A stretch of 64,000 bases of DNA from the human T2T-CHM13v2.0 reference genome, Homo sapiens, in the NCBI RefSeq assembly GCF_009914755.1, contig NC_060944.1. The stretch is one strand, 5' to 3'. How positions within the stretch are numbered: the first letter of the stretch is position 1; each line of letters starts with the position of its first letter. A program made the translations under genes and the position numbers. Shown one piece after another: positions 31,095 through 46,769 of the stretch. The notes beneath the pieces were generated by a model. The model was given only the letters and a program-made list of their open reading frames with translations. It did no database searches and was not told the origin of the DNA.

Positions 31095-31670
31095 TATTAG
31101 CAGTCAGGGTGCATTCAGCTGCAATTTTACAATAAGCCCAATTAAAACTGGCTTCAACAGTTATAGTATTTAGTAAGCCACGTTACTGGAAATTCAAAGG
31201 TACTACAGTTGTAACAGTGATTAATTTAGTGGCTTAACAATTTCATCTCCAGGTATTTTTAGAATTTCCACTGTTGTTGCCTTCTAGATCCAGACCGTGA
31301 ACTCAGTCATGAGATGGCTGCCCTAGCTCCACACATCATAACCTTACATGAAACCACTCAAAGGACGTGCAGCAAATGTCTTCATTTTGTAACCCTTTCT
31401 AGGATTGAGAAAAACCTTCCTACATCCCCCCTAGCTGGTGTTTCCTCATTGGGTACAATGGCCTCATATTCCCATTCTTAAACCAATCATGGGCAGTAGG
31501 GTATCACTTTCATGATTGGCTTAGAGTAATTAAGATTCACTCACAAGGCTAGAGAGAGTTCAGTTTTCCTCAGTTCCATGGTCATCAGGTACCTGAACAA
31601 AACTGATATTTTATCATCAAAGAAATAGAGCGGAAATAGCAACTGGGTAGACAGGTTACATACAGTGTAC
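31095..31670 (-). mobile_element. Old MaLR LTR (MLT1J/K-like)
   Basis: cccattcttaaaccaatca...tgattggcttaga..; aactggcttcaaca. Confidence 0.55.
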
Positions 31671-32593
31671 GTTACAGCCATGTTTATAACAATTTTTTGT
31701 TTCTTCCTTTTTGGCCCCTTGGAAAGAGATCTGAAGTGTTTCTATGAATTTTTAGTAGTTCTATTGTCTGCGTTTTTTATTGTAAATAGGTACCATGATG
31801 AATTCCTCTGTGCTTTTCTTCCATGAGGTTGCTCCATGACCATCTTTTTGCGTCTGGATTTGAAGGTTGCCCATGAAGATTGTTGGTTCCATGTCAAACT
31901 AAAGCATTTCTTGAGGGTTTTTCTTCATGGCTTAAAAACGTTGTGCCTTAAAGCTGTGATTTTATTAATAAAATAATAAATCATGACTGTTAACATTGTA
32001 GGACATGGTGGTTAATAAAGGGAAATGACAATGACAAGAGGAGCAGCAATAGACAGTAGAGTAAAAGAACAAAATCAAGTGTGAGACATGTGAAGAAAGA
32101 CCAAAGCACAGGACAGCAAAGTAGGTATTAATAAATGGGTGGTGAGGAGAGGCCAGGCCAGCATAGCAGTCGCTGATGCTCCTGTAACTGTGGGGCATGG
32201 ATGGAAAATACAGTAACACTGGCTTTGAAATAATCCCTCTCCACATCTAGTACTGAAACAGGCTTTGAATCTTGACATAGACATGAGGGAAATTAGCAAA
32301 AGCAGAAACAAAACAAGGAACAACCCAAGGAAATGAAACTGATCAATAGTATCTCTAAAACAAGTCCACGGAGTCAGTTCCATTCAGTCAGATAAGAAAA
32401 CAGAGTGATTTCGTGACATCTAGAACTTTATGAATGGTTCCATTACTGGGTTTTGGAAGAGGAACGTGAGCTGACATTGCAGCAGGTAATATTAAAGACA
32501 ATTGTAACCTTCTTATGAAGAAGAAACCATGCCAAACTTTGCCACAGGTTACTGAGGAGAATAGAGTTCCTCCCTCAACTAATTTACAGATGG

Positions 32594-33667
32594 TATCGGG
32601 GAATCTGCCCCGATATTCACGTAGGTTCTTTTCTATTTTTCCTAAGCATCGGCTGGCTTGAGAAATAAAGGGACAGAGTAAAAAAGAGAGAAATTTTTAG
32701 GCTGGGTGTCCGGGGGAGACATCACACGTTGGTAGGATCCGTGATGCCCCACAAGCCGCAAAAACCAGCAAGTTTTTATTAGAGATTTTCAAAAGCGGAG
32801 GGAGTGTGCAAATAGGTGTGGGTGACAGACAAGTACTTAACAGGGTAATAGAATATCATAAGGCAAGTGGAGGCAGGGCGAGATCACAGGACCACAGGAC
32901 CACAGGACCGAGGCAAAATTAAAATTGCTAATGAAGTTTTGGGCACCATTGTCATTGATAACATCTTATCAGTAGACAGGGTTTTGAGATCAACTGGTCT
33001 GACCAAAATTTATTAGGTGGGAATTTCCTCTTCCTAATAAGCCTGGGAGCACTATGGGAGACTGGAGTCTATTGCATCTCTGCAGCCTCAACAGTAAGAG
33101 ACAGCTATGCCCGGGGGGCCAGTTTAGAGACCCACCCGCAGGCACACATTATCTTTCTCAGGGATGTTCCATGCTGAGAAAAAGAATTCAGCGATATTTC
33201 TCCCATTTGCTTTTGAAAGAAGAGAAATATGGCTCTGTTCTGCCTGGCTCACCAGCGGTCAGAGTTTAAGGTTATCTCTCTTGTTTCCTAAACATTGCTG
33301 TTGTCTTGGTCTTTTTTCAAGGTGCCCCAGATTTCATATTGTTTAAACACATGTGCTCTACAATTTGTGCAGTTAATGCAATTATCACATGGTCCTGAGG
33401 TGACATACATCCTCCTCGGCTGACAGGATTAAGAGATTAAAATAAAGACAGGCATAGGAAATCACAAGGGTATTGATTGGGGAAGTGATAAGTGTTCATG
33501 AAATCTTTACAATTTATGTTTAGAGATTGCAGTAAAGACAGGTGTAAGAAATTATAAAAGTATTAATTTGGGGAACTAATAAATGTCCATAAAATCTTCA
33601 CAATCCACGTTCTTCTGCCATGGCTTCAGCCGGTCCCTCCATATGGGGTCCCTGACTTCCCGCAACA
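32594..33667 (-). mobile_element. MER11 (HERV-K11/HML-8) full-length solo LTR, 1074 bp
   Basis: Reverse complement begins TGTTGCGGGAAGTCAGGGACCCC; 6-bp TSD agatgg at 32588-32593 and 33668-33673, the length typical of HERV-K. Confidence 0.93.
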
Positions 33668-34889
33668 AGATGGGATGAAGTTTTTTAACTAGAAAGTGAT
33701 CATAGCTAAGTTTTTGCACACACCAAAAGTATGTATAGGCTACATGACATCATATTTCTTCCTGTTCTTCCATTTCTTTCACCATGTTGTTGTATATAAT
33801 AATTTACTTTCTCTTCATCCACTTATTCTAACTAATGTAATAGTGTGTTTCATGTTCCTAATCTTGTCTTAACAGGGAGGAAGCTCTTTTTTTACATTAC
33901 TGTTTGCTCTGGGATATTACTATTTTGAGCTATTCTGAACCTTGATCAACTTAGAAAATCATATCAATATAATTTTCTAAGCCATTGGTAAATAAACAAC
34001 TCCTTTGAAAGTAACAAACAGATATTTTGTAAATCTTTCAGCAAAAGAAATTTGAAAAGCCAATGGCTCAAAGTTAACAGTTTTTCAGTGGCAAAGAAGT
34101 ATTTATTCTGGCTCAGTTTAGAGCAAACTACACATGAAACCTCATTCAAAGTGTGACTTTGCTAGCAGTTTACTCAACAATGGGCATGTCATCTAGAGTT
34201 CCCAAGATTTTTACCATCCTGCAACAGCAGTCATAGGAGAATATGCCTCAATCAAAATCAGGCTAAAAATTTGTTTCAATTCTGCATGTGAGCTCGGACC
34301 TTAAGTCTTTCTGGTCGCTATTTGGTAGGGGACCAAATGTGGCCAGTCACACTGGAAAAGTTTATTTTAGATTGTCCCACTTTGTGACATGCACTAGGAT
34401 CTTTTCATGTGGAGAGTTCATTTTTTCCCTATGAAAAAAGAGATTCAATTAGTTTATTCATTTTGTAGGTAATTTTGAGGGCATTGGGGAAAACAGAAGT
34501 AGGTGGTCCCTCGAAGCAACTTGTACAATAAAATATTTTGGCCTCAATTTGACACAAAATGATGTTGTACATTGCTGCACATAAGTCCCATGGAAACTTA
34601 TTATGTTATAAACAACAAGAGACACTCTTAGAAGGGAATACTTGGCTCCTTTCCAGTAGAGTTCTGAATTCTGGAGAAACATTCGACTGCATGTTTTCTA
34701 GCAATGAGATATTCGATTCAGTCCTTGAGTGTATGTGGGTTTCAGTTTTGTTTGAGTTGTGGCTTTTTATGAAATCCATAGTGGTAGAATTTTCAAGATG
34801 GACGCAGTAAACACTGGCCAGTCTTCTGACTCAGTGAAATAATTGGTTTCCTGGGGATTTCCATACCTGGGTTTGCCAAAGCCAGTAGG

Positions 34890-35111
<222 letters not shown>

Positions 35112-35879
35112 TTAGTCACAAGTTGCCTTGAGTCTGTTGTGAATATGCCAATGTTTATTGATCACTTTGCTGCTCCTGACTCTCTTTATAAGAAGAATCA
35201 TCTTTTGAGGGGAATATTTAATGAACTATCTCCATAACCTCATAAAACAGTCAATAAATGTGTAATTTACTTTTTCTCTGATGCTTAATTTGTCTTTGAT
35301 GCTTCTTAGAACACAGGTTTTCTGCTTAATTTAGCTCATCATCAAGAGAGAATTCCGGGAAGCTTTAGGGCATTTTAATTCATTCCCAAAGAACATTTCA
35401 TCATGTAGCTACTGGCTCTTTTTTTTCCCTCCACCAAGGGAATATAGACTGATTTTCCTTATTTCCCCTCTGACATCTTTGTAACAGGGTGATTGACTCA
35501 TCCCTCTGCTTGAAGTTAGTCTTGTTAGACCTACCGCTGGGCTCTGAGACAGAACCTTAAATGCGGCTGATATCTCCTGTGTTTGGGAGAGAAAAGGCAA
35601 ACTTAGGGATTTAAAATAAAATATTTTTTAAAGTAATGCATTTGTGCCTCCTCTAATCTTTTGCGGCTTGATGGGGAAATGGATTCTTCCTTGCCAGCAC
35701 TTATTGGATCTTCTCCCAGAAGCCAAACTTGCAGAGTGGAAACTGGCTGCTTATAGACAGTGTTTCTGCTCATTGTCAAGTCTCAATTAACCACACAGTG
35801 GTTTGTTTTTGTTTGTTCTGTAGAAGAAAATTCTTCTTCATTTTTGTCAATATAAAGAATTGCCTTTTTAGGAAACAAA

Positions 35880-37436
<1,557 letters not shown>

Positions 37437-37542
37437 TTAATTTTTTTCAGTGGAAAGGATGGTCCAAATAACCTAATCAGCCATTACCAGAAATAGAAAG
37501 TCCCCACATTGCATTTCTGAAATATTTGAATTAGTTAACATC

Positions 37543-38064
37543 TGTATCAGTCAGGTTTCAACTAGAAAAACAGAGCCAGTAAAAGATTGTGTGTGTGTGT
37601 GACAGTAATTGGCTTATGCAATTTTGGTGGATGGCTATCTGCCCCGTTCTCAATGCTGTCTCTCTAATGATGGACCCTAGCAGGCAGGCAGGAAAGGAAA
37701 ATTACAAGTAGGCTTGGTGACTAGAGTAACCTGCAGAAGCTGAGCCTCTTTGTCACAGAGTTGAACATACACACATACACACACACACACACACCCGTGG
37801 CCCAGGAGTCAGACAATTAAAGGAAGACCCAATGGGCAGGGGAAGTGATTGCAGGCTCAGCTGCTGCTTCCCATCAACCAGACACATAAATCAACAGATC
37901 AGCAACAATGCCTGAGTATTACACAATGACTGCTGACTCCCCCATCAGCCCTCCAATTCTCAGAAGAATCTCCATGGAACCCACAATAGCTGGAAACATA
38001 CAGAAAGGGAACTCTGGGAAATATAGTTTGGCTGAGACAGTTGGCACGATAAGAAGCATCACAC
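37543..38064 (-). mobile_element. Old ERVL LTR (LTR33-like)
   Basis: tgtatcagtcaggtttcaactagaaaaacagagcca ... gggaactctgggaaatatagtt...catcaca. Confidence 0.55.
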
Positions 38065-38897
38065 TGTTAAGTAAAAATCAGAAAAATGTTTTATTTCAAA
38101 AATACTCTGTGTCTCTTGAAAAATTAGATTCTAAGATTATAATAGAAACATGCAAAGAATTTCTAAAGCTAAGAAGAAGCTGTCCCTTAGGGCTGCATGG
38201 TACTCCCTAGGCTGTTTCAAAGATTTCTATTGTCTATTGGCCCCATAAGGTAACTGAGTTTGAGATTTAAACAAAAATTAAAACTTAGATTCGCATGGAT
38301 GCCATTGATTCCTCCCCCTTTTCTTTACCATATCAACTTTCTTTCCCCCTCCTTTGTCCATATTTTTCTTTCTTGAGGATGAGAAAATGTGGACATATGG
38401 TGATAAATGTACTGGATAGAGGGCAGAGGCTCAGAAGAGAATCTTCCCCACCTGCTAGAGTAGGGGGCTACATGTTGGTGGGGTTCAGCGTCTTCCCAGC
38501 AAACAATGATTTTAACACCGGGAATAGGATGAGGTGGACTTTTATCATATTGGCTTTCATCTGCCCACCTGCCATACATGAAAAGTCCACACAACCACGG
38601 ATGGAAAACCTTTTGGGTTTATTTCCACTTCTACTTCTGTGTGCCTGTCATTGGGCATGATTTCTGTGAATTTTGCTAATACTCATTAGATTTTTTTAAT
38701 CCTCAATGTATCTCTGTTTTTTTTAAAGCCCTATTTTGATATAACCAGGATAGTGAAAATTATCAAACACACACATCCAAAACACTTTAAAGCAACTAAT
38801 GTAAAATTTTAATTGATTTCTAGAAACCAATAGCTGATTTAACTATGACCTTCAATATTTTAAAGGGAAAAGATGGCCAACCTCAAACCAAGAGAAA

Positions 38898-39247
38898 TAC
38901 TCTCATCCCTTGGTATCTATGGATGGTTGGTTCCAGGACTCCCCTCAGATACCCAAATCCACAGATGCTCAGGTCCTTTATATAACATTGTATAGTATTT
39001 GCATATAATCTATGCATATTCTCCCATGTACTTTGTCATTTCTAGGTTATTTATAATACCTACTACAATGTAAGTTCTACGTAAATAGTGTTATACTGTA
39101 TTGTTTAGGGAATCATGTCAAGAAAAAATGTCTATACATGTTCAGTACAGACACAACCATCCACTTATGGTTCTTCTGAATAGTTTTGATCCAAAAGTGG
39201 TTGAATCCACAGATGTGGAACCCATGGATATGAAGGGGATGACTGTA
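38898..39247 (+). mobile_element. MER2 (Tigger-derived) fossil
   Basis: ggttccaggac...ataccc/aaatccacagatgctca...ggttgaatccacagatgtggaacccatggata..gactgta. Confidence 0.85.
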
Positions 39248-40079
39248 TTTACCTACAGAAAATCCAAAGAGGAAATCTACTAGATGCTTTGAGATATTTG
39301 ATGAAGAAGTACTTGGAGATGAGAGAAAAGGCTATTGCATGAGGGCAAATGCAGGCATACTGGGCTGAAGAAAACACTGAAGAAATTTTTCCTTCCAAAT
39401 AGGAAAGCAGTTGCCAAGAACAGCATTACAGTCTCTGTTTTCCATGTATTATATTATATCTAAGGCCATATTCATGCAGCAAATTCACCACTTGGAGTGC
39501 TGTTTATACATTTTCTGTCAACAGAAATCAACAGACACAAGTGTTCTGTGTTTATTATAATCATTAGTTGAGGTTAATCTTTGATTTGTCAAGGAGGTGT
39601 TTGAATTTCCTCAAATAATATTTTCAGATTTTAAAGAGTCACACACACACACATATACACAATAACACATTTATACAGACACATGAACAACTTTATACAA
39701 TTGGAGAGAAGCTTAGCAGATTAACCATTTTGGCATCAAAATGGATTTCGCCCTATCTAATTATGCTAGTATATAAAAATTTGTGTCAAAGAGAGTAGCC
39801 AGCAGCATGTGCCTGTGTTTGGTACATAAGAGAGAATAGAAAATACATTGTTTTCTATCTTTGGCTGAGAAAGATTTGTTTCCTTTTTCTTTGCACCTTT
39901 CGTATTATCCAAAAAAGAAAAAAGCTTACTCTTAGGTTTTGCAAAATACACAGTGAGCTGTTACAATTCTTAAGTTTCTTACTGGGTCTGTGTTTTAGGT
40001 GGAACCAAAAAACCCTAGGACTTGAAAAAAATATTGTAAAGCAGTCAAGACATCTTTATAATTGTTGAGTACCAACTGC

Positions 40080-40795
40080 AGTGCAATCACTTTAGTCAAA
40101 GCCTCCATCATCTCTCCCCTGGATTTCTAAGTAGCCTCCAAACTGGTCTTCCTGCTGCCACATGTACACACTCAAAATCTATTCTCAACATGTCACCCAG
40201 AGGCATCCTTTTAGAACACAAGTTAAATCAGGTCACTCCTCTGTTGAAGACCCTTCAATGGCTCCCATAATCCTCTAAAAGTCCAATACAGTCTAACTCC
40301 ACTTTTGCTGCATTTTTTCTTCCCTTCCTCCTTGATATACTCTCTGCTCAGGCCACACTGGGCTCATTGCTAGGCCCCAACAAGACAGGCGAATCCCACC
40401 TTGAGCCATTGTTTCCTCATCTCCCAAGTGTCTGTTTGGGCAACTCTCTCCTGTCTTTCAAATGTTTGCTCAAATCTGTCAGAGGCTTTCCATGACCACT
40501 TTATTAAAATTTACAACCCCCCTCCACCACTCTCCCATCCCTGCCATCCTCTCTCCTGTTTATTCTGCTGTGCTTTCTGTTTTTCATAGCATTTGTCACC
40601 TTCTCTCATTCAGTCATACCCTTCTTTCCTAAGTGTGTCCTTGAGTACTGCCCCACCCATCAGAATATAAGCTCCACAACGGGAAGAGGCTTTGTCTGTT
40701 TCGTTCCCTGACGCTCTTGAGTTCCAGACATCCAAGAACATCGCCTGCCATATAGCTGGTGTCCAATAAATATTTTTTGAATGCATGATGTATGT
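40080..40795 (+). mobile_element. L2 3' region
   Basis: catcatctctcccctgga, agaatataagctccac, caataaatattttttgaatgcatga. Confidence 0.75.
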
Positions 40796-41253
40796 AGAGG
40801 GCTAACAACATTAACTTTGTATGTTAAAAAATAGTTCTGGCTCTTTGCGGGGAGAAAAGTAGTGCCCTTAAGCCCAGACTCCTTGGACTGTGTTGTTCAC
40901 TGAACAAACAGCTCTCAATCATTCATCACTATCTTTTCTCAAGTTTCTTGATGGTAGTGGGATTTTGTGGAGAATATCTCAAAAGTAACAGCTGTGATCA
41001 TTTTTAACAACTAATTTTTACAGAGAGTGGGGAGGCCGAGGAGAACTCAATGCCAATTCCATTGCATGTGTGGGAGGCCAGGTGCCTTGTCACACTGGGG
41101 GTGTTGGAGCAGATAAAGGCAAACAGAGGAGTTAAAACTGTACTCTAGAAGGCACTCCAAGAGACGTCCCAGACAAATAATTGGAAACACCAGATGACTT
41201 AGAAATCAATTTCATTGCCACAAAAATGACAGCCTCCCTTTTTTTCCACACAG

Positions 41254-41352
41254 GGGGAAGGTTCCTCCTCATTCTTGTCGGAAACTTGCCATGAGGATCC
41301 CTCTGTTTCCCCCAACTTTACTCCCCCCAACCCTCAAGCTCTCAAGTGGTGA
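41254..41352 (+). CDS. PLCB1: Coding part of the PLCB1b-specific alternative exon: GEGSSSFLSETCHEDPSVSPNFTPPNPQALKW*
   Basis: Acceptor cctcccttttttttccacacag|GGG; 32 codons then TGA at 41350-41352; recognised PLC-beta1b C-terminus. Confidence 0.96.
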   Translation, partial: GEGSSSFLSETCHEDPSVSPNFTPPNPQALKW

Positions 41353-41371
41353 CCACCGTCCTTCCGGCCAG
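41353..41371 (+). other. PLCB1: 3'UTR part of the 118-nt PLCB1b exon, ending at donor CAG|gtagga
   Basis: 41254-41371 = 118 nt, the known length of the 1b insert. Confidence 0.9.
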
Positions 41372-42882
41372 GTAGGACTGGATGGGAGGGGTCGCTTTTG
41401 AGAGAAGGGTGGTGTGTAGCCATCCAGTTTTCAGGCATCACGGACTTGCTCCTTTGTCCTTCATCCTCCCTTTCTCTACATTCCCATCTTTTTTTTCTGC
41501 TAAAGTTCCCAGCCACACCCATGATCATTTCCTCATCCTTTCTGCCTTCCTCTGGTATTAATTTCTCCATCATTGTGCTCTCTCTTCCTGACATAAATCT
41601 CATTCTTCCATATTGTCTTCTTCCTCTTTCTCCATTTTGTTTCTCTATTGGCAAATTTGGCTTCCTTTTTAATCTGGATTTTCTCTCTTGCACTCAGACT
41701 ATTATTCCCACTTTGGAAACATTTTTTTTTCCATTTCTGCTTCTCACTACACTGTTTTCCCGTGGTCCTATTATCTTACAATCCAGTGAGATCAAGTTAA
41801 CTCTCAAGGAGTCTGTTTCAATCCACTCCTCTCAACTTACCACAGCCCTCCTTTTGGAAGTCCAGCAAAATTTACTTTATTCCCACATGGTATTTAGAGT
41901 GAATGGGGACAGCTTGTGATTTCCTGATTCTCTAGAAGCAAGAGCTCTTGGAAATATCTCACTAATAGGGATGCTTGGGCCAGGAGCTCTTTGTCAGAGC
42001 AAACTTCAGCTTGAAAATCAGAGCAGACTTTAACTTACCCAAGGAGATGCATCACGAAAACTATTATATTCCCTTCACTAATAAGAAAACTAGCATAAGC
42101 CATTCCAAAGAGTGTGCAATTCTTAGAAAAAAGAAGCATTCTTGTGATTATAAATAAAGCAAACTTTATTCTAATGTAATGAAAATAAAATTCTACAGTG
42201 AGACTTGTACTGTTTTTGTCTTCAAGTATTTGTTGATCTGTGAAATAATGCAGTTTAAAAACATGTCAAAGAATTACTGAAAATAACTCTTTACTGAGAA
42301 AGAGGTATGAGTTATTCCTCTTCCTCGACATCAGTTGTTGCTCTGGCTCAGAGCTTTTCAGACCTTTGTGGGTATCTGAATTACTTGGACATCCTGTTAA
42401 ACTGCAGACACTTATCTAGGATGTCTGAGTGGGGCCGGAAAGTCTGCCTTTCTAAGTAGCTCCCAGGGGATGTTGATGCTGCCACAGTTCCAGGGAGCAC
42501 ATTTTAACTGGCCAGGATGTAGTACATTCCTACCTCCAGGCTTAAGCACCTGGAAGAAGCTTGAAGCAACTGTCATGGCATTTTAATGTATTTTAACTTT
42601 TTGACCCAATCACAAGCCTGGGCCTTTGATTTTTTTTTTTTTTTTTCTACTGCCTGTAACACTAGAAAGAGGGACACAGGGAATGCCATGTCAGAACAAA
42701 GTCACAACATGGCTATGAATTCTGTTCATGTCCTCTCAACAGTGATCATTTTGTTTCTGTATTACCTTGTAACGAAGGCCATATTGGAAGGTGAGTAGAG
42801 GACCGACATATAATATCAATTTCTGGCTTCTACAAGAAGGCATCAGGGAGACCTTGACAATTTCTTCTTCGTTTGGATATAA

Positions 42883-43290
<408 letters not shown>

Positions 43291-43857
43291 TGCCCTGGTA
43301 GTTTTTAAAGCTATTGTGAAACATCTAATACCACAAGTAGAATATCTTATTTTCTCAGGGGATGCAAATGACAGTGGGTGGAGGAGCTAAGAACACATGA
43401 CTTAGGTTTTATTTTTCAAAACAAATGCAATAGAGACAAAAATGCTGCATTTTTGTTGCTGTGCTCTTTCAGGCTTGTAATAGCGTGTTCACAACTTGTA
43501 TTCCCTTTAGAATGTCAACTGAGATACCCACTGGGGAAAAATATTTATTTTAAGAAAGAGACAAATATCCCCACAATACCTAGACTTCAAACATTTAATC
43601 ATATTGTTAGTTTGTTTGGTCCCTTTAGCTTTCCACATATAAAAGATGACATAAAAATAAATATTTCACACTTTTCATGTCAAAATAGGTCTCGTGGCTA
43701 AAGCAGAAAAAGAAAATCCCATTATAGCATTTTATATTTGAAAAAAGAACAAAACGTTCTTTTATAATAGTGTATGGAAAAAAGATTTTTGTACTAATTT
43801 TAATATTTCCCCAAATGTTTTTTGCATTCTTGTTCTTTCCTTAAACATTTTCATTCA

Positions 43858-44218
<361 letters not shown>

Positions 44219-46769
44219 GGAATAGCACATAAAGGTATAAAGCTGTCATGTGTTTGCCAAAAGATAATGTTTTCTATTATGATAGAAGATTGGCCCCAAG
44301 AGTAGTCATCACATAAATAGTTGGAATTTTACATTTTTTAATTTGTGAGTGCAAATCTTCATTGGTGAAAAAATATATTCCTTGTTATCAGCTAGACCTT
44401 AATAGGTGAAGCTAAGTAGGTGAGTTATACTTTTAACTGTGGTAACCCATTTTTTAAATAGCTACAAATCACTGTAGAGCGAGATATAAAATAAACAAAA
44501 AAGATGTTTGCTCATTTTATGTATACATAAGTCTTTAGATAAAGAGCTGTAGAATGACCAATTTCTAAAAACACCAATGAAACATTAGAAAATTATAAAT
44601 ATATGCCAAGTAATTATTAATGCCTGCTTTATTCTAGGATATGCCAATTTCAATAGAAAACACAAAAGAACAGAAAACATAGTTCCTACATGCTTTGAAA
44701 TAATAAAGGTCAGTTTAAGGCCGTAGAAAGGCATCAAAATATTTTTCTGACACATAATACTAAAAACAAAAATTAGCATTTATGGAGCACTTACTGCATC
44801 ATCAAACACCTTTAAAGCACATAACATGTGTTATCTTCTTATTCTTACCACTGTACATTTGGAGAAACTAAGGTTCAAAAAGGTTAATGAACTTTACTAA
44901 GGTCAGACAAGAAGTACCAGACCTTGGACACACCATGTGTCCTTCAGCTTTCTAAGTATATGTCTGAAGCTAAGATTTTATGATCTAGATGTCAAAGTAG
45001 GTGACTTCTCTTTCTTATGTTGACATGGATAAACAAGCAATAAGGGTACAACACCTGTGCCTCAATATACTTATCTGTAAAATGGAAAGACGACGAGCCT
45101 CTTTGTTAAAGAAGCATATCTCTTTGAGTGGCTAGAAGGGATACACACCACACATGTATACCAAACACTGTTTCATTTGCTGGTGGCATAGCCCAGCCTC
45201 CACAAGATCGTGGCTAAATTGTGCCAGAGATTTCACCCCCAAACTGATCACAACAGCACAAGGCATTAAACATCACAGGCAGCACGTTCACATTGCTCAA
45301 AGTCACTTGTTTTTAGCAAACTTCTGGGAGAAGAACATCTCTGAGGACTAGATTTTAGAAAACCTCCAGCTCTGTGAAAACAGGACTCACCTCTAGGAAA
45401 CCACAATTAGTCACAGTTTCTGTCACTGAGAGGTGGGCAGCTGTTTTCCGTGTTCATCGCATCTGCTGGGGAAGCAATGCCAAGCAGAAGGAAAGGGAGA
45501 CACCTGAGGCACAGTGTGGCCTGCACAGTTGGGTTAAGATAATTTTGAGTCAACCTTCCCTGTCTATGGCTGCTGAAAACTCATAGTTCCCCTCTCTAAA
45601 GCAGCAGGATTGAGGAAGGGCTCACCCACTCTCACCTCCTTCCAACTTTGGCTTTCCTCCTTCCTCTCATCTCCTCTACTTGCAAGCCATTCGGCTTATA
45701 CATGTCAATGCTGTTTCAACAACAGACTCAGTGGGTTTGCTTCCCCTGAGGTCTTCTTTCTCTCTCTCCTCTTCCCATTCCTCCTCTTAAGTCTGTCTCT
45801 TGCCCCAGCCTTAGAACAGAATCCTTGTTAACTAACCCTTCTTCTGTACTATACAAGAGAGGAGTTAGAGTACACGTTGGGCTTTGCAACGGGTCTGCTT
45901 TCATTTGTTAAGCAATTGTTTTTTATTTGGATTTCATTTATTCATTTAAATATTTATGAGGCCCTACTACTTACCCTCAGGATGCTAGGCATTCTAAAGG
46001 AATATCTTGCTAGAGAAACGTCTCCGTTTAGATTGTACCTTAAGTTTCAGTCACAGCACAGAAAAGGGCTTCTTTGGAACCTGTGACAGGTGACCGTCTT
46101 CTCCTTTTCCTCTGCAGTTAGATTCAGGGCGACTGCTTTGGGCTAAATTATGAAAGACTTAAGCAGGAGTAAAGAGATTTTTCTGAAAGTAAAAATATCT
46201 AAATACCTAAATAGATTCCCGAGGGCTGTTGTGTGTCTCTTTGAAGATCTTTAAATGCGGAGACAAAGAAGGCGTCTACCAGCAGAGGGTTGCGTATGTC
46301 TGAGTGACCTTTTTATGATCTCTTTTGAGTCCGTGAAGGATGCGATTAATTAAAGTCGGAAGTTTGTCACTGAAATAATAGTTATGAGATCCAGAGAATT
46401 CAAGGTGTTGGAGGACTCATTAAGTAGTTGCATAAATATCATGCTGAAAGATTTAATGAGACCACAGGGTCACTTATAGAACGATGGTGCAGAGATGACC
46501 TAGAAAAAAATAAATTAGAATCGATATTGTGCTTCTGAATTAACAGCTATAGATTGCTATATTAACACCTGAGACATAAATTCTATAATTATATCTTAAT
46601 GATGAATATTGATGTTCTTGTCACGGAAAAAATGAAAATTGCTCACATTTAGTATTTTACTTATCAATAGTAAAATAAATGTATATATGCGTGCTTATTT
46701 CTGTGACATCTGGGAACCGTGAATGCTTTAAGTAGCTACAATTAAATGAATAGTGTTTTTTTTTTTTCC

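Noticed and set aside
33930-34850. 3'UTR-like unique block considered as a processed pseudogene
   Set aside because: No poly-A tail, TSD or recognisable parent gene
41398-41919. 173-aa L/F/S-rich ORF downstream of the 1b exon
   Set aside because: Non-ATG start; pyrimidine-rich composition suppresses stop codons; no recognisable protein
46277-46295. CTCF-like motif ccagcagagggttg
   Set aside because: Mismatch in the core GGC; cannot be supported without ChIP data
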